Position numbers and translations under genes: made by a program
Shown: piece by piece, positions 8,807 to 17,770 of the stretch
Layout: every line of letters begins with the position of its first letter
Numbering within the stretch: the stretch's first letter is position 1
Notes under the pieces: generated by a model
Database searches by the model: none
The model's input: the letters and a program-made list of their open reading frames with translations, nothing else
Told to the model about the DNA's origin: nothing
Source of the DNA: Bdellovibrionales bacterium
Lineage (GTDB): Bacteria > Bdellovibrionota > Bdellovibrionia > Bdellovibrionales > UBA1609
Assembly: GCA_027459485.1 (NCBI GenBank)
Contig: DAIDIG010000002.1
Span: forward strand, 159,597-223,596
Direction of reading: 5' to 3'
Length of the DNA stretch: 64,000 nt

Positions 8807-10327
8807 ATGAGCGCAATGAAAGAGCATCCGTCAGAACGATTGATCCGTCTGCGAAAGAAATTGGGCATTTCTCAAAGAGAAATGGCGCAAGAATTTGCGG
8901 TCTCAAACGGAGCCGTCGCTTTATGGGAAAGTGGCGAAAGACCGATACCTGGGCCAGTAATTAAGCTCATCGATTCGTTTGAATCTTACCTAAAACCGAA
9001 AAAATTTTCGAACGCCGAGATCAACACAATTGATGCAGTTAGTGGCAAGTGGGCTGAAGACATTCTTTTGGCGACTTGCAATAAGAAAGCGCAGTCGCGT
9101 TTGGTTTCGCTGAGACCAAAATTTAAAGAGCTGATTCAATATTATTTGTGTAAAAATCTCCCGCACGACAGCATTCAGAGGAGAGTGCAGTTTGCGATAC
9201 TTCAACAGTTGATTCAAAAAATAAAAGAAACCCGGGGGCTGCCCTTAAAGTTAATTCAGCTCGCGAGCCATCTTGACCCCGAAATTCCAGCCTCGTTGAG
9301 GGAGTATCTGCATCATGTTCAGACGGCATTAACGGCCATGCCCGCGCACGTCGCTTCACGCGTTATCCATCAACAATTTGGGCAACGACCGACTGAGCTA
9401 TTCGCACAGTGGCAAGCCGAACCCTTTGCAACGGCGAGCATCGGGCAAGTTCATCTGGCGCGACTGCATACCGGAGAGTGGGTGGCCGTTAAGGTTCAAT
9501 ATCCAAATATCCGTGAAGAACTTGAGGCGGCATTTTACGACCCCGTGGTCAGAGAATTACTTGCCACGCTTCTCTGGTCCGGTTCGTCTGAGGTTTTGGA
9601 AGAGTTTCAACATCGAGTTCTTCAGGAGTGTGACTATAATAAAGAGGCTGAAAACCAAAATAACTTTCGTCATTTTTTCGAAGGCGACAACGAAATTCAG
9701 ATACCTCGAGTATTTGAAAAGTATTGCTCGAATCGAGTCTTGACTACGGGATATTTTGCCGGAGAGAGCTTTGATAAATTTTTGCAAACCGCAACTCAGG
9801 ACGAAAAAAATCATGCTGCCGAATTGATCGTTCGTTTTCAGGCGGTTTCATTCTTTAAATATGGCTATATTTATGCGGATATTCACAAGGGCAATCTTCT
9901 GTTTTCTAAAGGCCAGCTGGGCATCGTCGATTTCGGTCGCGTCGTTCAATACCACGAACCCGACAAAACAAATGCCGGCAATTTAACGAAAGCCATTCTT
10001 AACAATGATATCCAGGCCGCCCGGCGCGCGGTTGAAGGTCTCGGCATGGTGAGAGAATGGTCTGGCTTCGACTTTGATGAGCTTTGGGATTTGCTGCGCG
10101 AAGAGCATCGGCATTTTCACGAGGATAAACCGTTCAAATTTACGATCGAGTATTTAAAGAGAAAAAATCGACTGTCGAAATCTTTCAGCCAAAAAAGCTT
10201 TTTGGATATTAAAGCTCCGTTGTTTTGGAACTGGTTTGCGGTTTCGACCCATGATGCCGTTCGCGCCGAGCTTGGAGCCGAATCCAATTGGCGGAAGTTG
10301 ATGCTCGGTTTGATCTCGAATTGCTAG
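8807..10327 (+). CDS. XRE-family HTH fused to an ABC1/AarF/UbiB atypical kinase
   Basis: N-terminal LRKKLGISQREMA...VALWESGERP; then ATASIGQVH, VAVKVQYP, ECDYNKEA, ADIHKGN, DFG. Confidence 0.88.
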   Translation: MSAMKEHPSERLIRLRKKLGISQREMAQEFAVSNGAVALWESGERPIPGPVIKLIDSFESYLKPKKFSNAEINTIDAVSGKWAEDILLATCNKKAQSRLVSLRPKFKELIQYYLCKNLPHDSIQRRVQFAILQQLIQKIKETRGLPLKLIQLASHLDPEIPASLREYLHHVQTALTAMPAHVASRVIHQQFGQRPTELFAQWQAEPFATASIGQVHLARLHTGEWVAVKVQYPNIREELEAAFYDPVVRELLATLLWSGSSEVLEEFQHRVLQECDYNKEAENQNNFRHFFEGDNEIQIPRVFEKYCSNRVLTTGYFAGESFDKFLQTATQDEKNHAAELIVRFQAVSFFKYGYIYADIHKGNLLFSKGQLGIVDFGRVVQYHEPDKTNAGNLTKAILNNDIQAARRAVEGLGMVREWSGFDFDELWDLLREEHRHFHEDKPFKFTIEYLKRKNRLSKSFSQKSFLDIKAPLFWNWFAVSTHDAVRAELGAESNWRKLMLGLISNC

Positions 10328-10501
10328 ACCGACGGCAAGCCTCGCGCCGCAAATCACTCGATAACCACCCTTTATGGCTCCGGCTGCTTACGCTGTAAGC
10401 ATTTTTATCGAATTTGCTGTGATTTGAGAACACCTTCAAACTCTTAGCTGAAACTCATAGCAATAAAATCCACAAGTTTTGGACGGAAGGGGAATTCAGA
10501 A

Positions 10502-11977
10502 ATGAGAACGTTTGTATTTTCTAAGAGTGTATTGATAGGTGGGGTCATCGCCGGGCTGGCGAGCGTTGCGTTTATACAAGGCTGTCAAAAAAAATCGAGT
10601 TCAAGTTCGACCACTGCGTGTTCTACGACTGTCACGTCGTTGCAGTCGGGAATTTGCGCGGCACAAACAGCCATGGCGGTGGCCCCCCACTTTGTTGACT
10701 CAAACCCAACGGCGTTCAATTTGATGCCACGCCTGTTTCGTTATGCCGACAACAGTATAGAGCAGCTGCTCATGCCGGCGGCGTTTGCGACGTCAGGTCC
10801 AAGTTTAAGCGCGTTTTGGACGACTTCGACGGCTGTCCGCAGTCTGTACGACGGCAGTACCTTTGAATCGCCGCAAAATTGGATGGGCGAAGAAATGGAC
10901 TCGAATTTCGTCAACAGTAATAATGCGCCTACGACACCGTTTGGGCGCGCAGCAATGGATCAGTTTATGGCGTGTGTGCTGGGGTCCGTTACGAGTGAAA
11001 TGTGGTCAAGCTCGATCGACACCGACAATCTTTTGAAAGTTGGTACATACTCGACAACGCAGGCAATCGATTTTTCAACTGCTTCAAGCGGCACATTTAT
11101 GGGCTGCACGGTGCCATCAACAGCCAAGCAAAACATCGTTTCGATGGGATCGATCGCATCCGGCACCCCGATTTTAACCGTAACCGCTGTCACTGGCTCG
11201 ACTTACACAAAAGCGTACGCCATGAATGGCGGCAATACGTATTACCTGAAGCTCGATCCAACAAATCACATTATGAACTTAGGTGAGGTTGACGAGCTTA
11301 CGGGGCTCCAACACGGATGGGGCGTCGAACGCCAACTGCTGTCGGTCAATAGCGGTGTGGTCGATTTTGAGTATACCTCACAATCATATTGCGGCGGCGG
11401 CGCAACAAAGTGCACTGATGCGGCTTCAGCTGAAGGGGGCAATCTTCTCGATAGTCTTGAAATGTATCGATTTCACGTCGATACCAGTACAAATGTTGCT
11501 TACGTTTTTGGCGCTTCTACTCAGTACGACGACGCCCTGGCTTCGGGCGACGGTAGCAGCAATGCAAGCGAAAGCTTTATGCGTTATGCGATGGCCGGTA
11601 AACCCAATAGCCTGAATTCAATTTCGATTTCGATGACTGAGGCAGGTATGAGCCAAGGTTTAAGTTTCATTGCGGTTGGCGCCAGTGCTCAAAATTACGG
11701 TGACGGTTGCATATCGGCATCGACCGGAAGTGAAAGTAACGACGGCAGTCTCAGCTGCGATCTCAGTGCATCGGCGATCGATATCACCAATAGCGGCAGC
11801 AGTGGCGCGACAAGCACGAGCGGCGTTGCCGAAGCCACAATCATTGCCCATGCTTCGAGTAGTTCGACCTACGCGTCTTCGGTTTACACGGTTGACGGCA
11901 ACACCGCGATCAACTGGTCAACTTTTGACACGAATACTTCAACGGGGATGTTCGGCGTGCCTTCTACCACGAACTAA
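10502..11977 (+). CDS. Ser/Thr-rich lipoprotein of unknown function
   Basis: Lipobox-like FIQG-C after a hydrophobic stretch; poly-Ser linker; SD GGAAGGGG. Confidence 0.75.
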   Translation: MRTFVFSKSVLIGGVIAGLASVAFIQGCQKKSSSSSTTACSTTVTSLQSGICAAQTAMAVAPHFVDSNPTAFNLMPRLFRYADNSIEQLLMPAAFATSGPSLSAFWTTSTAVRSLYDGSTFESPQNWMGEEMDSNFVNSNNAPTTPFGRAAMDQFMACVLGSVTSEMWSSSIDTDNLLKVGTYSTTQAIDFSTASSGTFMGCTVPSTAKQNIVSMGSIASGTPILTVTAVTGSTYTKAYAMNGGNTYYLKLDPTNHIMNLGEVDELTGLQHGWGVERQLLSVNSGVVDFEYTSQSYCGGGATKCTDAASAEGGNLLDSLEMYRFHVDTSTNVAYVFGASTQYDDALASGDGSSNASESFMRYAMAGKPNSLNSISISMTEAGMSQGLSFIAVGASAQNYGDGCISASTGSESNDGSLSCDLSASAIDITNSGSSGATSTSGVAEATIIAHASSSSTYASSVYTVDGNTAINWSTFDTNTSTGMFGVPSTTN

Positions 11978-12027
11978 AGTGGCCAAATTGGCGGCACAAG
12001 TTCGGACCGCGCGAGGGACGATGAAGT

Positions 12028-13080
12028 TTAAGCTTTTTTGGCGGCGGCTTGTTTTTTCTGCCGCCACTGATCGAGGGCGAACTGCCGCATATCCGTAACC
12101 GAATCGTATTCGTCGACGATCTCAACGCCGAGTAGAGTTTCAATCGCATCCTCGAGCGTGACGATCCCGGACATCGTTCCGTACTCGTTCACGACGAGAA
12201 ACAAATGCTCGCGGCGTTTGATAAATTCATCGAGCGCGGCGCTGACGGTCGTGTCCTCTGAAATCGTGTGAATAGACGTCATGATATCTTTGATCGGTAT
12301 ATTGTCGCGATCATGCGCAACGGCCTCCATCAACTTATAACGATGGAGCAAACCCTTCACGTTATCGAGGTCGCGATCATAAACCGGTATGCGTGAAAAG
12401 CGCACGGGCTTGTACTTCGCCATGACGGCGCCAACGGTTTCATTCATTTCAAACGCATTCACGACGGATCGCGGGGTCATGATCTCCGAAACTTTAATTT
12501 TATTCAGCATCAGCAAGTTTTTTATGATCTTGCTTTCTTTCTGGTGAATCGCCCCTTCATCGGCGCCGATTTCGGCCGTCGCAATCATTTCTTCTCGCGA
12601 AGTACTGTGCACATTTTCTTTGCTTTCGACGAGTCGATTGAGAAGGCCCGTCAGTGCCACAAAAGGTATCGTAATAAAGATCATCGCGCGAATGACATAC
12701 GCCAAGGCGGGGGCCAGCTCTTTGGCGTAATGAGCGCCAATCGTTTTCGGCAATATTTCTGAAAACACCAAAATTACAAATGTTAGTATCGCGGAGGCCA
12801 CGCCCAATGTCGTGTCACCCCAGATGTGCACGACTTCGCGCCCGATCATCATGGAGCCCGCCGTGTTCGCAATCGTATTCAACGTCAAAATAGCGGCGAT
12901 CGGGCGTTCGATGTTTTCGCGTAAACGCTCGAGCAGCTCACCCGTCCGCTTGCGGCGTTTACCGACTAGGGCGATCGCAGCCGGTGATATTGAGAGGATT
13001 GAGGCCTCGCTCATCGAGCAAATAAAAGAAGTCGCAAGAGTGGCGACGACGTACAAGATCAGTGCAAGATGGTCGTCCAT
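12028..13080 (-). CDS. CNNM/CorC-HlyC family membrane protein (DUF21 plus CBS pair)
   Basis: CSMSEASILS, ILTLNTIANT, SEILPKTIG, IMTPR, FSRIPVY, VTLEDAIETLLGVEIVDEYD. Confidence 0.93.
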   Translation of the reverse strand: MDDHLALILYVVATLATSFICSMSEASILSISPAAIALVGKRRKRTGELLERLRENIERPIAAILTLNTIANTAGSMMIGREVVHIWGDTTLGVASAILTFVILVFSEILPKTIGAHYAKELAPALAYVIRAMIFITIPFVALTGLLNRLVESKENVHSTSREEMIATAEIGADEGAIHQKESKIIKNLLMLNKIKVSEIMTPRSVVNAFEMNETVGAVMAKYKPVRFSRIPVYDRDLDNVKGLLHRYKLMEAVAHDRDNIPIKDIMTSIHTISEDTTVSAALDEFIKRREHLFLVVNEYGTMSGIVTLEDAIETLLGVEIVDEYDSVTDMRQFALDQWRQKKQAAAKKA

Positions 13081-13092
13081 GAAGCTACTATT

Positions 13093-13629
13093 TTAGCGGA
13101 CTTCGGGGTCTTCGTAAACGCGGCTGCCTGTTGCCTTGCGTTGCCCCTGATATTTGCCTTTATAGGGATTAAGAGCGGCTTGATCCATCTGACAAAAGAC
13201 CAGTTGGCAAACGCGGCGCCCGGCCCGCAAACGAATGGGGAGCGAATTTGCATTGTAAAGTTCGAGCGTAATTTGCCCTTCGAAGCCAGGGTCAACCCAG
13301 CCGGCATTTTGAATAAAGAGCCCGATGCGCCCGATGGAACTTCGCCCTTCGACAAACGCCGTTAGATTATGAGGTAAGCGAATATACTCTTCGGTCGTCG
13401 CCAAAAGGAACGAGTGCGGTGGCATTATTATCTCGTCGTCCTCAATTTCACGATACAAAATTTTAGATTCCATATCAATGATGTGCATCTGCCGGTCTTC
13501 GACAATCAAAAAGTGACGGCCCAAATGGCAGTCAATCGAAGCTGGTTGAATCGAATTCGAGCGAAGTGGCTCGACCAGCAATTCGCCACTATTGATCATG
13601 GCTGTCAGCGTTTTATCGGAGAGGATCAT
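13093..13629 (-). CDS. dcd: dCTP deaminase
   Basis: MILSD, IQPASID, EGRSSIGRIG, AGWVDPGFEGQITLE, YKGKYQGQ. Confidence 0.96.
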   Translation of the reverse strand: MILSDKTLTAMINSGELLVEPLRSNSIQPASIDCHLGRHFLIVEDRQMHIIDMESKILYREIEDDEIIMPPHSFLLATTEEYIRLPHNLTAFVEGRSSIGRIGLFIQNAGWVDPGFEGQITLELYNANSLPIRLRAGRRVCQLVFCQMDQAALNPYKGKYQGQRKATGSRVYEDPEVR

Positions 13630-13888
13630 GGTTTGACCTTATAGCAGGTTCAAGTGCAGACAACCAGGACTGTATCGCAACATTTACCCCTATCGTGAAG
13701 AAGTGAAACAGCCGCAGTGCGTGAGAGACAAAAATTATTTCAAAGTTTCGGAGCTGATACAGTCGCATTGACAAAAAAATCGCAAAACCTGTAGATCGAA
13801 CGTGAGGGCGGGGCGGTGGCTACAAGGCGAAAGTCCCGGGGATTTTTAAAAACGGCGCGTCCAGCGTCTACAACAAAGAGGGGGATTT

Positions 13889-14242
13889 ATGAAAAAACTA
13901 TTAGTAGCGGTCGTGTTCTTGGTATCGTCTGCCGCATTCGCGCAGTACGAAGCGATCGCCTACAACCCGCAGACCGGGCAAGTGGCAGGTTCGCGCGGTT
14001 ACTCGTTCGAGTCGGACGCCGTGAACAACGCGCTTTACGCCTGTCAAAATGCGTATCCTTATCAGGCATGTACAGTTATGAACACCGGCTATGCGAATTG
14101 CATCGCTCTTGCAGCGGACCACATGGGTCACTGGGGTCGCGCGCAGAATTTTCCGGGTTGGGATCAAAACGACGCCGTTTCGGGTGCTCTCAACGCTTGC
14201 GGTAGCCCAGAATGCACTTTGCTCCGAGTTGAGTGCAATTAA
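13889..14242 (+). CDS. Secreted Cys-rich protein, DUF4189-like
   Basis: Signal peptide ending AFA; AIAY..., AL.AC...C...CIALA...AL.AC....C pattern; strong SD. Confidence 0.75.
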   Translation: MKKLLVAVVFLVSSAAFAQYEAIAYNPQTGQVAGSRGYSFESDAVNNALYACQNAYPYQACTVMNTGYANCIALAADHMGHWGRAQNFPGWDQNDAVSGALNACGSPECTLLRVECN

Positions 14243-14268
14243 TCCGATTTTAAAAATTTAAAGCTTAT

Positions 14269-14301
14269 AAAAAAGGCGGGTCAGCAAATGCCCGCCTTTT
14301 T
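14269..14301. terminator. Bidirectional intrinsic terminator
   Basis: AAAAAGGCGGG-N10-CCCGCCTTTTT between convergent genes. Confidence 0.85.
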
Positions 14302-14319
14302 CATTGCTACGAGTTGTCT

Positions 14320-15081
14320 CTATTCCGCGCGAATTTGAATTTGAACGGCTCCGGACGACGGAATAAGCAATGACTGAGTATCGCTCGCGCCGTACTTCGC
14401 TTCCAAAAAATCGACGACGCTTGGCAGGTACGGCGCAAAAAATCGAATGTGCGCTGCACCTCTCAGTGGCATCGAAAGCTCTCGAAGGCATGAAACCGCG
14501 TTGCTGGCGTCGGCACATGCATTCGAACAGCCTCCGCCGGCCAACACGCACGCCGGTGTGGGAGTGACATTCGGCTCAATTGGATTCGAAAAAGCGCCCG
14601 TTTGCAAAACCTGATCGTGCATCGAGATTTCATCCAATTCATGAGTCGACAAAGCGACGAGATCGCGGGATTTGATTTCGCCGACGGAACAAGCATCCTT
14701 GGTCTTACCGTACATCGCTTCGAAGTGAACGCTTTGCCGAGCGGGATTTTGCAATTCAACTTCAACCGTAGAATGTTCGCCGGGTAAGATCGGTGCCGAG
14801 GTATGAGTAACAAATGTCACGTCAGAGTGGTTCATGATTTCACTCGCACGTGTTTCAGGATGGCCGGTAGTGCAAAGTTGAATGAACCCTGCAGTCGGGC
14901 TTTCGCCCACCTGAGCTTTCGGTTGTTGCCCGTTTTCGATATAGATCACAGCGGGCGAAATCGGCATGCCGCTGCCGTTTGTCACCGTTAAATCATACTT
15001 GGCGGCATGCGCCTGAGCTGCGACAGATAACAGCGCGGTCACAGCGCACGTTAAAACCGAAAATTGTTTTGCTTGAGTCAT
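14320..15081 (-). CDS. Secreted spondin_N-like domain protein
   Basis: Signal peptide ending AHA; YDLTVTN...PISP, API.PG motifs; ATG 15081 with SD AGGGGG. Confidence 0.65.
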   Translation of the reverse strand: MTQAKQFSVLTCAVTALLSVAAQAHAAKYDLTVTNGSGMPISPAVIYIENGQQPKAQVGESPTAGFIQLCTTGHPETRASEIMNHSDVTFVTHTSAPILPGEHSTVEVELQNPARQSVHFEAMYGKTKDACSVGEIKSRDLVALSTHELDEISMHDQVLQTGAFSNPIEPNVTPTPACVLAGGGCSNACADASNAVSCLRELSMPLRGAAHIRFFAPYLPSVVDFLEAKYGASDTQSLLIPSSGAVQIQIRAE

Positions 15082-15104
15082 TTTTAGTTCCCCCTTGTTT
15101 CGTT

Positions 15105-15174
15105 GAGTCGCGACCATCGAGTGGTCTCCGAAATCTATTATCGGAGACCACACCCAGATGTCGCGATTAGACTC
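15105..15174. repeat. Long imperfect inverted repeat (hairpin) between fusA and the spondin-like gene
   Basis: GTGGTCTCCGA/TCGGAGACCAC 11-bp perfect stem, extended by TCGCGAC/GTCGCGA. Confidence 0.8.
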
Positions 15175-15222
15175 TCTAAACTCGGAGGTAAGCGGGGCTC
15201 ACTTCAAAACGAGCCCGCGGAG

Positions 15223-17331
15223 TTATTTGTTCTCCGCTGCTCGCTTCTCTTGATATTTTTTTGCAAGTTCGTCTTGAATATTGCGCGGGCATTGGGCGTA
15301 ACGTGAGAATTCCATTGTGAATTCTCCCTTGCCTTGAGTTGCCGAGCGCAAAATTGTCGAGTAGCCGAACATTTCAGAAAGCGGAACTTCGGCGTTGATC
15401 ACCACGAGACCGCCATCCATCGAGCTTGTGCCCTGAATAATACCACGGCGTTGGTTGATTTGGCCCATCACGGTGCCTTGATATTCTTCGGGGCAAGTCA
15501 CTTCAAGTTTCATGATCGGTTCAAGCGCGCACGGGCCCGCCTTTTCGTAACCTTGGCGAAAGGCCGCCATCGCGCAAATGCGAAAGGCCATCTCGCTCGA
15601 GTCGACGTCGTGATAAGCGCCGTCTTGCAGCCGCACAAGCACGTTGACGATCGGGAAGCCAATAAGCGGCCCTTTTGCCATTTGCTCGGCAAAACCCTTA
15701 TCACAGGCCGGGATAAATTCACGAGGGATACGACCGCCGACGATTTCGTCCACAAATTCGTAAATCTTTTCGCTATTCGGCGGGAGCGGCTCCATCATAC
15801 CGGCGACTTTTGCATACTGACCCGCACCGCCTGTTTGCTTTTTGTGAGTGTAATCGAAAGCCGCAGCCTGCGTAATTGTCTCGCGATAGGCCACTTGCGG
15901 CGCGCCTGCGACCACCTCGCATTTGAATTCGCGTTTCATCCGCTCCATGTAAACGTCAAGGTGCAGTTCGCCCATCCCTGAAATGATCGTTTCGCTGGAT
16001 TCTTCATCGCGGTGAACGCGAAACGTCGGGTCTTCTTTGCGAAATTTGTTGAGCGCTTTCGTGAAATTGTCGGCGCCCGCTTTGTCTTTTGGGCGAACGG
16101 CAAGCGAAATCACCGCATTCGGTACGAACATCGAAGTCATGGTGAGATTCACTGTGCCATCTGTAAACGTGGTGCCCGATTCGCAATCGATACCAAACAT
16201 CGCGATAATATCGCCGGCTGATGACGACTCGGTCTCTTCCATCTTATCAGCATGCATGCGCGCAAGACGTGGTACCTTAATTTTTTTGCCCGTCTGCATG
16301 TTCGTGATGAAGTCGCCTTTTTTAACCGTGCCTTGATAAATACGCACATAAGTCAATTGGCCGAACGGCGTCTCTTGCAGCTTAAATCCGTAACCGACAA
16401 ACGGTTTCGACGGGTCGCAAGGTAATTCGACTTTGGCTTCTTTGTTGTCTTGATCAAGCGCTTCGTTTTTCACCTCAGTCGGGTTCGGCAAGTAATCCGT
16501 CACACCGTTGAGTAGCAACTGTACGCCCTTGTTCTTATAGGCCGAGCCCATGAAAACGGGTGTGAGCTGCATCGAAAGACAACCTTTGCGGATGGCTTTC
16601 TTGAGTTCTTCTTCAGACGGGTCTTCTTCCATTAAAAACTTTTCGCCCAAAGCTTCGTCGAAATCGGCGGCCTTGGCGATCAGTTCTTGACGGTATTTTT
16701 TCGCATCGTCATGCAATTGCGGCGGGATGGCCTCTTCGCGAATGTGCTCGCCGTTTTCGCCATCGAAATAAAACGCCTTCATTTTAACCAAATCCACGAC
16801 ACCTTCGAAGCCGTCTTCGGCGCCGATCGGGATTTGCATCATGGCCGCATTGTGATTCAATTTGTCGCGCAAAGTGCCGGTCACGCGGTAGGCGTTGGCG
16901 CCCGAGCGATCGAGCTTATTGATAAAGGCCAAGCGTGGAACTTTGTACCGGCGCATTTGGCGGTCGACAGTGAATGATTGCGACTGCACGCCCGCCACTC
17001 CACAAAGCACGAGAATGGCGCCATCTAAAACGCGAAGCGAACGTTCCACTTCGATCGTAAAATCGACGTGCCCGGGCGTATCGATGATGTTGATCTCCGT
17101 ATCGCCCCAGTGAACGTTGGTGGCGGCCGATTGAATGGTGATTCCGCGCTCGCGTTCAAGCTCCATAGAATCCATGGTCGCGCCGACGCCGTCTTTGCCT
17201 TTTACTTCATGAATGGCATGAATACGGCCGGTGTAAAAAAGAACACGCTCGGTTAAGGTCGTTTTACCCGAATCGATGTGAGCCGAGATCCCGATGTTTC
17301 TTACTTTTTCTAGAACCCATTTACCAGCCAT
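15223..17331 (-). CDS. fusA: Elongation factor G (stand-alone copy)
   Basis: [49 protein letters not shown]. Confidence 0.98.
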   Translation of the reverse strand: MAGKWVLEKVRNIGISAHIDSGKTTLTERVLFYTGRIHAIHEVKGKDGVGATMDSMELERERGITIQSAATNVHWGDTEINIIDTPGHVDFTIEVERSLRVLDGAILVLCGVAGVQSQSFTVDRQMRRYKVPRLAFINKLDRSGANAYRVTGTLRDKLNHNAAMMQIPIGAEDGFEGVVDLVKMKAFYFDGENGEHIREEAIPPQLHDDAKKYRQELIAKAADFDEALGEKFLMEEDPSEEELKKAIRKGCLSMQLTPVFMGSAYKNKGVQLLLNGVTDYLPNPTEVKNEALDQDNKEAKVELPCDPSKPFVGYGFKLQETPFGQLTYVRIYQGTVKKGDFITNMQTGKKIKVPRLARMHADKMEETESSSAGDIIAMFGIDCESGTTFTDGTVNLTMTSMFVPNAVISLAVRPKDKAGADNFTKALNKFRKEDPTFRVHRDEESSETIISGMGELHLDVYMERMKREFKCEVVAGAPQVAYRETITQAAAFDYTHKKQTGGAGQYAKVAGMMEPLPPNSEKIYEFVDEIVGGRIPREFIPACDKGFAEQMAKGPLIGFPIVNVLVRLQDGAYHDVDSSEMAFRICAMAAFRQGYEKAGPCALEPIMKLEVTCPEEYQGTVMGQINQRRGIIQGTSSMDGGLVVINAEVPLSEMFGYSTILRSATQGKGEFTMEFSRYAQCPRNIQDELAKKYQEKRAAENK

Positions 17332-17420
17332 TGCGAACCTTTCGTGCTAGCGCTTTAATGCGATTAATTTTATGCCATTGAAAGCGTGAATAAATATCAT
17401 GTTTTTTCGCAGCTTGTCTA

Positions 17421-17598
17421 GCGCCCTGATGGTTCTAATAGGGGCCTGACCCTTGGAGCCTTGATACCCCGCCGGGTCCATCTATCGTCGATCCGGCGCA
17501 AACCCCTTTCGGACCAACCCTGCCGCCGCCGGAACTCCGCATCGTTCCTAATTGTATTTGCAATGCCGGCAATGGCGTTCGCGCGCCGGTGAGGGCGC
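17421..17598. ncRNA. Candidate structured ncRNA of about 180 nt (6S-like size)
   Basis: Ends pair (GCGCCCT/AGGGCGC); internal GC stems; T-run after the 3' end on +; only a weak 60-aa ORF overlaps. Confidence 0.35.
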
Positions 17599-17770
17599 AC
17601 CTTTTTTAAGTAGGCGTCTCGAACAGCGACCGGATAAAGCTTTTTCCAAAATTGCCATGAAATCGGTTCGCGATTTTTAGGGACAGCGAAGGCTATCGGA
17701 GCAAAACGCGAGAGTGTCTGTCGGTCAGGGTTAGGTTGCGACTAAAGAAAATAGGCCGTAAAATTCGCCT

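Noticed and set aside
15223-17331. fusA outside the rpsL-rpsG-tuf operon
   Set aside because: Stand-alone second EF-G copies are well known in this group of bacteria
17418-17600. 60-aa minus-strand ORF in the fusA-recQ gap
   Set aside because: Arg-rich with no recognisable motif; the region is better explained as structured RNA or regulatory DNA
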